DNA of 32,000 nucleotides from Erysipelotrichaceae bacterium (GTDB taxonomy: Bacteria > Bacillota_I > Bacilli_A > Erysipelotrichales > Erysipelotrichaceae): positions 150,001-182,000 of the forward strand of contig OY760660.1 in NCBI GenBank assembly GCA_963663995.1, read 5' to 3'. Under the pieces are notes generated by a model. The model saw only the letters and a program-made list of their open reading frames with translations. It searched no databases and was not told where the DNA came from. Both the position numbers and the translations under genes were made by a program. Shown in pieces: positions 17,943 to 25,004 of this stretch (position 1 is its first letter; every line of letters begins with the position of its first letter).

Positions 17943-19373
17943 ATGATTAAAACAGTATTTCCAAAAGATTTCTTCTGGGGAGGAGCAGTTGCAGCCAATC
18001 AACTAGAAGGATGCTACCTTGAAGGTGGTAAAGGTTTGTGTATGGCAGATATCAACGAATTTAAAGCTGATATTCCACCAGAAAAAAGATCAAATGCAGA
18101 GATGACATCCAAAGAAGTTGAATATCATCTAAATAACGATCCAGCACGATATCCAAAACGTGTAGGGATTGATTTTTATCACACCTATAAAGAAGATTTA
18201 AAACTTCTACGTGAAACAGGGATGAATTCATTTAGAACGTCTATTAACTGGGCACGTATATTTCCAAAAGGTGATGAGTTAGAACCAAATGAAGAAGGTT
18301 TAAAATTCTATGATGATTTGATTGATGAGATTATTAAGAATGATATGGAACCACTTATTACTATATCTCACTATGAGATGCCGTTATATTTAGCTACTGA
18401 ATATGATGGATGGGCTAATCGAAAACTCATCGATTTCTTTATCCGTTTTTCTGAAGTCTTACTTAAACGCTACAAAGGTAAAGTTAAATATTGGATTCCA
18501 GTAAACCAAATTAATTTAATAGGTCATGAATCATTTAATCATTTAGGTGTATTAGAAGATAAAGTTGATAATTTAATGGAAGCCAAATATCAAGCGGTTA
18601 TGAATGAAATGGTTGCTTGTGCTAAAGTGACCAAACTTGCCCATGAAATTGATCCTGAAAACAAGATTGGGATGATGTTTTGTCATGGGTTAACATATCC
18701 AGCAAGTTCTAAGCCTGTAGATGTGTTCTATACAATGAAGCATAATCAAATGGAATATTTCTTTGGCGATGTATTACTTAGAGGGATTGTACCAGGTTAC
18801 GCATATCGATTCTTTAAAGATAATAATCTAAATATTGAAATTTCAGATCAAGATAAAGAAGATCTTAAGAATACAGCAGATTATTGTTCATTCTCTTATT
18901 ACTATACAAAGATTACGGATGAAGAAAGTTATAAGAATGATGATGGGACAAAGAAAAATCCATACCTTAAAGCAAATCCTTGGGGTTGGACAATTGACCC
19001 GTTAGGAATGCGAGTCGCTTTAAACGAATACTATGATCGTTACCAAGTACCTCTTTATATTACTGAAAATGGATTTGGTCAATATGATCAACTCACTGAA
19101 GATAGACAAGTTCATGATGATTATCGTATCGATTATCTAAGAGAACATGTTTTAGCAATTGAAGAAGCGATTAAAGATGGGGTCGATGTTAGAGGTTATT
19201 ATCCTTGGGGTCCAATTGACTTAGTGTCATGTTCTTCATCAGAAATGGAAAAACGTTATGGTTTCATCTATGTTGAACTAGATAATAAGCTTGAAGGTAG
19301 TGGTGAAAGACTTAAAAAAGATTCATTCTATTGGTATCAAAAAGTAACTTCTACAAATGGTGGTGAAATTTAA
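17943..19373 (+). CDS. bglA: GH1 6-phospho-beta-glycosidase with Gln in place of the acid/base Glu
   Basis: 476 aa, collinear with my memory of E. coli BglA. The nucleophile motif YITENGFG and the phosphate-binding SSSEMEKRYGFIYV are present. The NE(I/P) acid/base motif reads WIPVNQINL (Q189, CAA at 18507-18509). GGAGA SD. Confidence 0.9.
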   Translation: MIKTVFPKDFFWGGAVAANQLEGCYLEGGKGLCMADINEFKADIPPEKRSNAEMTSKEVEYHLNNDPARYPKRVGIDFYHTYKEDLKLLRETGMNSFRTSINWARIFPKGDELEPNEEGLKFYDDLIDEIIKNDMEPLITISHYEMPLYLATEYDGWANRKLIDFFIRFSEVLLKRYKGKVKYWIPVNQINLIGHESFNHLGVLEDKVDNLMEAKYQAVMNEMVACAKVTKLAHEIDPENKIGMMFCHGLTYPASSKPVDVFYTMKHNQMEYFFGDVLLRGIVPGYAYRFFKDNNLNIEISDQDKEDLKNTADYCSFSYYYTKITDEESYKNDDGTKKNPYLKANPWGWTIDPLGMRVALNEYYDRYQVPLYITENGFGQYDQLTEDRQVHDDYRIDYLREHVLAIEEAIKDGVDVRGYYPWGPIDLVSCSSSEMEKRYGFIYVELDNKLEGSGERLKKDSFYWYQKVTSTNGGEI

Positions 19374-19379
19374 TGAAAT

Positions 19380-19405
19380 AAGTGTGGAGGAATCTACACT
19401 TTTTT
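19380..19405 (+). terminator. intrinsic terminator of the PTS-GH1 operon
   Basis: AAGTGTGGA-ggaa-TCTACACTT (one G-U pair) followed by T5, 7 nt after the stop codon. Confidence 0.65.
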
Positions 19406-19810
19406 CATAATAAAACAAATGAAAAACTTAATAATTCTATGTGTACTAGACTCCAATAAAGAAAGCTTTACAGTTAAGAAACATGTGAAGGGATGGGAAA
19501 AAGTGTCCATCAAATAATTCCATAAATCAAAGTAATAAAATTCCCCATGGCTGATGGAAGTGAAGAAACGAAGCATTAGTTCATTCATAAAAGATTTATG
19601 GATAATATATGATGCAAAATAAAAATCAGTTAAAAATACGAGAATCGCAGCCCAAATTGCAGTAAAATTAGTGAAATTATAATAATGTGGGTTAAAAAAA
19701 CTCATTTTATTTATCGTAATTTGATACAAAAATTGGCTCACAATTAATGGTGCATAAATGACGCTATTTGTAGAAATCTTGTTAAATTGTTATCATATGT
19801 ATAGATTTCA

Positions 19811-19830
19811 TGCATAAAAATATTTATGCA
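19811..19830. promoter_or_regulatory. 20-bp perfect palindrome (candidate operator) upstream of kamA
   Basis: TGCATAAA-aata-TTTATGCA. Its right arm overlaps the -35 position of a candidate -10 TAATAT (19847-19852). An extra half-site TGCATAAA lies at 19751-19758. Confidence 0.35.
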
Positions 19831-19952
19831 ATTGTTGAAAATGCGTTAATATATATGCTTTTTTAACCAAAGATTGGCTAATTTTTTTTTATGTATTTCA
19901 ATAAATAATTGATTTTTTTAGAGTAAATGAAATCTAGAAGGAGAGTGATTAT

Positions 19953-21158
19953 TTGAATAAGATTAAAAATGAATTATTTAAGAATGTTCCAGAAGAAAAA
20001 TGGAATGATTGGAAGTGGCAAGTTTCTAATCGAATAATGGATTTTGATGAATTGAGAGGATATGTAAACTTAAAAAGTGAGGAAAAAATTACTAATTTTC
20101 CATTAAGGATGGCTATTACACCATATTATTTAAGTTTAATGAATCTAAATGACAAAAATGATCCAATTCGTAAGCAAGCAATTCCTACTAATAATGAAAC
20201 TCAAGTATACTCAAGTGATTTTGATGATCCATTGGGTGAAGACGAAGACATGGTAGTACCTGGATTAGTACATCGTTATCCTGATCGTGTTTTATTACTT
20301 GTAACCGATAAATGCAGTATGTATTGTCGCCATTGTACGCGTCGTCGTTTTGCAGGACAAAATGATAATAGCTTACCTATACAACAAATAAATGGTGCAA
20401 TTGAATATATTAAAAAGAATCCGCAAATACGAGATGTCATATTATCTGGAGGGGATCCATTATTATTACCTACCGATGCAATTGAATCAATATTAAAAAA
20501 ATTACGAATGATTGAACATCTTGAGATTATTCGAATAGGCTCACGCGTGCCAGTAGTTTTACCTCAGAGAATAGATGATGAATTAGTAGATATGTTAAAA
20601 AAGTACCACCCACTTTATATAAATACACATTTTAATCACTATAAAGAAGTGACCCCTGAATCTAAAGAAGCATGTGAAAAGTTAGCAAATAGTGGTATTC
20701 CATTAGGTAATCAATCAGTTTTACTTAAAGGTATAAATGATTGTGTTAACATCATGAAAAAACTTGTACATGAGTTGTTGATGATTAGAGTTAAGCCTTA
20801 CTATATTTATCAATGTGATTTATCGAAAGGGATAGAGCATTTTAGAACACCAATTTCAAAAGGAATAGAAATTATGGAAGGTTTGAGAGGACACACATCT
20901 GGGATGGCAGTCCCAACCTTTGTTGTGGATGCCCCTGGTGGCGGTGGTAAAATTCCACTCATCCCAAACTATTTAGTCTCAAGGACAAATGATAAAACAG
21001 TTTTAAGAAACTTTAGAGGTAACTTTAGTGTTTACGAAGGACCAAAGAACTATGATGGTGAATGTTCATGTGAACTTTGTAGAAATTCTCAAGATACTAC
21101 GGTTGAAGGAATTTTAGGTCATCTAGTTTCTAACCATTTAGTTGGTAATAAAGCTTGA
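19953..21158 (+). CDS. kamA: lysine 2,3-aminomutase (radical SAM, PLP)
   Basis: 401 aa with a TTG start 9 nt after GGAG. CSMYCRHCTRRRF radical-SAM cluster, PYYIYQCDLS, FVVDAPGGGGK (PLP Lys) and a C-terminal Cys cluster. Nearly collinear with my memory of Clostridium subterminale KamA, including both substrate-amine-binding Asp residues (QCD, VVD). Confidence 0.9.
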   Translation: MNKIKNELFKNVPEEKWNDWKWQVSNRIMDFDELRGYVNLKSEEKITNFPLRMAITPYYLSLMNLNDKNDPIRKQAIPTNNETQVYSSDFDDPLGEDEDMVVPGLVHRYPDRVLLLVTDKCSMYCRHCTRRRFAGQNDNSLPIQQINGAIEYIKKNPQIRDVILSGGDPLLLPTDAIESILKKLRMIEHLEIIRIGSRVPVVLPQRIDDELVDMLKKYHPLYINTHFNHYKEVTPESKEACEKLANSGIPLGNQSVLLKGINDCVNIMKKLVHELLMIRVKPYYIYQCDLSKGIEHFRTPISKGIEIMEGLRGHTSGMAVPTFVVDAPGGGGKIPLIPNYLVSRTNDKTVLRNFRGNFSVYEGPKNYDGECSCELCRNSQDTTVEGILGHLVSNHLVGNKA

Positions 21159-22354
21159 TTAAGACAATTACCATTGTTGGTGGAGGTAATAGTGCACATG
21201 TACTCATTCCCTTATTGTCAAAATCACAATTGACAGTTAATTTATTAACTAGAAAGCCTGATAAATGGTCAAATAATATTGAACTTGACTATATCAAACC
21301 AAATGGTGATTTTGTAGAAAGCATGAGTGGTGAAATTAGCAAAATATCTTCTAATCCATATGACCTCATGCCTCAATCAGATATTATTATCTTATGTATG
21401 CCTGTTAATTCATATCGAGAAATGTTACATAAAATTGCCCCATTTATAAATAAGAATAAGAAAGTTTATGTTGGAACTGTTTATGGACAAGGTGGATTCA
21501 ACTGGATGTGTAATGAAATTGTTGAAAAATATGAATTAGATAATCTCGTTTCTTTTGCGATAGGATTAATTCCTTGGATTTGCAGAACCATAGAATATGG
21601 TAAAAAAGGTCTTGTATATGGCGCAAAACCAGTTAATTTAGTGGCTGTTAATCCGAAATCGGAGTTCAACGTTTTAAATGAAATTTTGCTTTCACCAATT
21701 GTTGAACAATGGTTTGGTCATGGAAGTTTTAAATGTGTAAATCACTTTATCTCATTAACTTTAAGTGTTGATAATCAAATCATTCATACATCAAGAATGT
21801 ATGGACTTTATAAAAAGACAAAAGGAATTTGGAATCAATTAGAAGATGTACCTTTATTTTATAAGGATTTTTCTAATGTATCTGCAAAGATATTAAAAGG
21901 TTTAGATGAAGATTATTCAGCAATTAGAGAAACGATTAAAAAAGAATTCAAACATAACGATTATAAATGGATGATGGATTATTTAACACAAGATAATTTA
22001 ACAAACCTTAGCTCTAATCAAAATATTCTAGAAACCTTTGAAAATTCTAGTACACTTGGTGCAATTAAAACCCCTGTAATCCAAATGAATAATCATTGGG
22101 TTCTTGATCGTCATCATCGTTTTTTCTATGATGATGTATTTTATGGTTTATGTATTGCTAAATGGTTTGCACAAGAACTTAATTTAGTGTGCCCGCATAT
22201 TGATGACTTGCTCATGTGGACTCAAGAATATTTAAATGAACCTATTATTGAAAATCATCAACTAAATTGTGATGAAGCAATGAAAAAAGAACCATTTAAG
22301 TATGGCATTCCTAGTGTTTATGGTTTTACTTCAATTGAACAAGTTATAGATTAA
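21155..22354 (+). CDS. opine dehydrogenase family protein (octopine/nopaline dehydrogenase-like)
   Basis: 399 aa. The TTG start overlaps the kamA TGA (TTGA, 21155-21158). TIVGGGNSAH dinucleotide motif, IPWICRTIEYGKK, NQIIHTSRMYG (catalytic His), PLFYKD, RFFYDDV and LLMWTQEYL parallel my memory of scallop octopine dehydrogenase (CGGGNGAH, LPWACRIKEFGRK, VHPAILFG, PLFYQG, RYLTEDIP, LIMWAQEKI). Confidence 0.8.
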   Translation: MIKTITIVGGGNSAHVLIPLLSKSQLTVNLLTRKPDKWSNNIELDYIKPNGDFVESMSGEISKISSNPYDLMPQSDIIILCMPVNSYREMLHKIAPFINKNKKVYVGTVYGQGGFNWMCNEIVEKYELDNLVSFAIGLIPWICRTIEYGKKGLVYGAKPVNLVAVNPKSEFNVLNEILLSPIVEQWFGHGSFKCVNHFISLTLSVDNQIIHTSRMYGLYKKTKGIWNQLEDVPLFYKDFSNVSAKILKGLDEDYSAIRETIKKEFKHNDYKWMMDYLTQDNLTNLSSNQNILETFENSSTLGAIKTPVIQMNNHWVLDRHHRFFYDDVFYGLCIAKWFAQELNLVCPHIDDLLMWTQEYLNEPIIENHQLNCDEAMKKEPFKYGIPSVYGFTSIEQVID

Positions 22355-22356
22355 AA

Positions 22357-22387
22357 GAAACGGACAATTAAATTTGTCTGTTTTCTT
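22357..22387 (+). terminator. intrinsic terminator after the kamA-opine dehydrogenase pair
   Basis: GAAACGGACAA-ttaaat-TTGTCTGTTTT (about 11 bp with G-U pairs) running into TTTTCTT, 3 nt after the stop. Confidence 0.6.
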
Positions 22388-22403
22388 ATGGCATAATTGA
22401 ATT

Positions 22404-23549
22404 ATGAAAAACTTAACCATTCTGTGTGCACCAGATTCCTTTAAAGAGAGCATGACTGCCAAACAAGCTTGTGATGCGATGGAAAAAGGCATCCATCAAA
22501 TATATCCAGAAATTAAAGTCATAAAAGTTCCGATGGCTGATGGAGGTGAAGGGACTGTGGATGCACTAGTTCATTCAAGTCATGGACAATTTGTACATGT
22601 GAATGTGCATGATCCACTAGATAGAATGATTCAATCCAAGTATGGTCTTTTAGGTGATAAAGAAACAGCCGTCATAGAAATGGCTGCCGCAAGCGGATTA
22701 GAGTTACTAGATGCAAAAGAACGTAATCCTTATTTAACCTCTACTTATGGTACAGGAGAATTGATATTAGATGCCTTGGATAAAGGTGTTAAGAAACTAC
22801 TTATTGGTATTGGTGGAAGTGCAACTAATGATGGTGGGAGTGGTATGTTAGAGGCATTGGGTGTTCGTTTTTATGATAAAAATAATCAAGTTTTAAAAAT
22901 GAATGGTAAAGCATTGAAGGATGTTGAGAAAATTGATATTAAGCACATAGATTCACGTTTAAAGGATGTACAAATTGATGTTGCATGTGATGTCAGTAAT
23001 ACTTTATGTGGAATAGAGGGTGCGTCCTACATCTATGGACCTCAAAAAGGTGCTAATTGTGAGATGGTTGAGAATTTAGATAAATATTTAAAACATTACG
23101 CTGAAATCATTAAAAAAGATTTAAAAATGAATGTCTTAGACATAAAAGGTGGAGGAGCAGCTGGTGGTTTAGGTGTTGCTTTATTTGCTTTTATGAATGC
23201 TAAACTTCAAAAAGGAATTGATTTAGTAATCAAATATTCTGATTTAGAAAATAAATTAAAAGATGTTGACTTAGTGTTGACTGCTGAAGGGAAGATAGAT
23301 CATCAAACGCGGTTTGGTAAAACTCCTGTAGGTGTGTCACTGTGTGCTTTGCGTCACAATATTAAAACTATTGCATTTGCAGGGAAAGTTGCCGTAGAAA
23401 AAGATGAATTTATGGATTGTGGGATGATTGATATCTACCAAATTACACCAAATAACATAGACTTAGAAACAGCCTTAAAAGAAGGTCAAAAAAATTTAGA
23501 GAAAACCGTTTCAAATTTTATGAAAACATACAAAAAGCTAGCTAATTAG
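22404..23549 (+). CDS. glxK: glycerate kinase
   Basis: 381 aa. PDSFKES, PMADGGEGT, IGIGGSATNDGG and GGAAGG motifs are typical of GlxK/GarK. No SD; TGgCATAAT (22389-22397) sits immediately upstream. Confidence 0.9.
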   Translation: MKNLTILCAPDSFKESMTAKQACDAMEKGIHQIYPEIKVIKVPMADGGEGTVDALVHSSHGQFVHVNVHDPLDRMIQSKYGLLGDKETAVIEMAAASGLELLDAKERNPYLTSTYGTGELILDALDKGVKKLLIGIGGSATNDGGSGMLEALGVRFYDKNNQVLKMNGKALKDVEKIDIKHIDSRLKDVQIDVACDVSNTLCGIEGASYIYGPQKGANCEMVENLDKYLKHYAEIIKKDLKMNVLDIKGGGAAGGLGVALFAFMNAKLQKGIDLVIKYSDLENKLKDVDLVLTAEGKIDHQTRFGKTPVGVSLCALRHNIKTIAFAGKVAVEKDEFMDCGMIDIYQITPNNIDLETALKEGQKNLEKTVSNFMKTYKKLAN

Positions 23550-24604
23550 TTGGCTTTATTATTGAAACGAGATAGAAATTCAGCGCGTGATTTGGTGTTA
23601 AGTTTTGAGTAGATACTTGAGATATGTTTTTTAACAGTTGATTCTGAAATAAAGCATTGTTCAGAGATCTCGGAATTACTTAAACCATTAAGTAAGAAAC
23701 GGGCAATTTCATGTTCACGATTTGATAGTATTCTTAAGGCTTCAGTATTTTTTGAATTTGTCATCATGAAAGTGCTTAAAGTTGTACTGTTATTAATTAA
23801 TACATTTTCTCTGGCTTCTGCAATTAAATCTTCAGCTTTGACTTGCTTGTTTTTTAGATCACTATAACCTATATTCAATGATAGTTTTAAGGGTGAATTA
23901 TTGTAATAGTAGGTGTTTTGAATGGCTTTACGATTAATCGCTTTAGCAATACTATAAGCTCTTTGTTTATTTGTGTTATGAAGAACCATGAAGAAACGTG
24001 GACCATTCAAACGTGTGATAAAGTCTTTCTCAGATACACAATAGTTTTGTAGTAAACGAGCCGTTTGTGTAATCATCATATCACCAGCTTTTTGAGAAAA
24101 CTTGTCATTGAGTTCAAGCATATGATTAACACTAAAATAGATTAGTGTTAAAGGATTTGTAGACTCGACAATACTTTCTTCAAGTTTTTTAAGACCATGA
24201 TGATACTTATATGCACCGGTTATAGAATCCTTTAAGATTTCATTTTGAATTTCTTCAATCATGTCATGAAATGTACCATCTTTAAAATCATCAATGTATA
24301 AGGAACCGTGTTGGGTAATATCTTTTATGAGTTCGATTATCATTTTTCGATTTTCGTGCATGATGGGTAAAGCAACATACATAATCGTATGACTGTTTTT
24401 AAAAACAATTTTGAAAAATGGTTCGTTGTTTATAAATGACTCTTTAGGAATAACAATATCGAACTCATTTTCTTTGATCCAATGATATGTTTTCTTTTTA
24501 TTCACATCAAAAACTGTGACCGCATCAAACATCTTTCGATCATCTATAAGTTTAAGAATGTAATCATTTTGAATGAGGATATCAAAGATTTCTGTTTTTT
24601 CCAT
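23546..24604 (-). CDS. transcriptional regulator: unknown N-domain + degenerate GGDEF domain + LuxR-type HTH
   Basis: C-terminus LSNREHEIARFLLNGLSNSEISEQCFISESTVKKHISSIYSKL is a LuxR/FixJ HTH. The middle region DSITGAY..FSVNHMLELNDKFSQKAGD..RLNGPRFFMV..NIGYS follows the GGDEF fold, but GGDEF reads NGPRF and the metal-binding Asp residues are lost. Confidence 0.8.
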   Translation of the reverse strand: MEKTEIFDILIQNDYILKLIDDRKMFDAVTVFDVNKKKTYHWIKENEFDIVIPKESFINNEPFFKIVFKNSHTIMYVALPIMHENRKMIIELIKDITQHGSLYIDDFKDGTFHDMIEEIQNEILKDSITGAYKYHHGLKKLEESIVESTNPLTLIYFSVNHMLELNDKFSQKAGDMMITQTARLLQNYCVSEKDFITRLNGPRFFMVLHNTNKQRAYSIAKAINRKAIQNTYYYNNSPLKLSLNIGYSDLKNKQVKAEDLIAEARENVLINNSTTLSTFMMTNSKNTEALRILSNREHEIARFLLNGLSNSEISEQCFISESTVKKHISSIYSKLNTKSRAEFLSRFNNKAN

Positions 24605-24810
24605 ATAAATTACAAACTTATTATAATGCTTTAATAAGATTTATAATAACAATTCGTTTTTAATCATAAAAATGCATGAATTCTTAGAAATTTAAGTGTT
24701 TAAGTAAATTAAATAATAAATATCATAACAAATGAACACGCTTTCTTAATTATTGATGATTTTTGAAGATAAAAAACATTAATTTTCACAAGCAAAATTT
24801 AAGGTCATAG

Positions 24811-24818
24811 TGTACAAT
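24811..24818 (+). promoter_or_regulatory. candidate extended -10 promoter of the pur operon
   Basis: TGTACAAT (TGn + TACAAT) about 38 nt upstream of the riboswitch P1. The -35 is weak. Confidence 0.4.
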
Positions 24819-24855
24819 AGGGGCGTAAAGAAGCATAAGCTTTCTTTACAATTTA

Positions 24856-24929
24856 GGTTTGTATAATCGCAGCAAGTATACGTGGGCTGCAAGTCTCTAC
24901 CTCGCTACCATTAGCGAGACTACTAAACC
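24856..24929 (+). promoter_or_regulatory. purine riboswitch aptamer, guanine class (C at the specificity position)
   Basis: The three-way junction core matches the xpt G-box from memory: UAUAAUCGC (J1/2 + P2 start), AAGUCUCUACC (J2/3), GACUAC (J3/1, C at 24920). P1 is 24856-63/24921-29 (one bulged U). P2 is GCAGC/GCUGC. P3 is CUCGCUA/UAGCGAG. Lies in the purE leader. Confidence 0.75.
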
Positions 24930-24961
24930 ACATGTTTTTTGCATGTGATTTAGTTGTTTTG

Positions 24962-24992
24962 AAAGACATCCACGTAATGTCTTTTTTATTTT
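24962..24992 (+). terminator. leader terminator of the riboswitch expression platform
   Basis: AAAGACAT-ccacgta-ATGTCTTT followed by TTTATTTT, 12 nt before the purE start and overlapping the approach to its SD (AAGGAGA 24993-24999). Confidence 0.7.
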
Positions 24993-25004
24993 AAGGAGAA
25001 AGTC

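Noticed and set aside
19394-19741. 115-aa minus-strand ORF between the GH1 gene and kamA
   Set aside because: It has a GTG start without an SD. Its 3' end overlaps the GH1 terminator stem. Its composition is Phe/Tyr/Ile-rich and typical of translated AT-rich noncoding DNA. It is kept only as a possible gene remnant (see the finding on the long gap).
19742-19952. Lysine (L-box) riboswitch upstream of kamA and T-box upstream of pheA (4785-4968)
   Set aside because: Neither leader is long enough or shows the conserved cores (the L-box is a multi-helix junction of about 180 nt; the T-box has a specifier and T-box sequence).
19953-23549. Staphylopine/pseudopaline-type metallophore cluster, or lysine fermentation, as the explanation for kamA-odh
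   Set aside because: No CntL (nicotianamine synthase-like) gene, CntK racemase, importer or exporter genes are present. No kamDE, kdd, kce or kal genes are present either. The adjacent glycerate kinase is separated by a terminator, and I cannot link it mechanistically.
24740-24760. Possible PurR PurBox (AAATGAACACG) upstream of the pur promoter
   Set aside because: It matches only the GAAC core of the AWWWCCGAACWWT consensus as I remember it, and no second inverted box is present.
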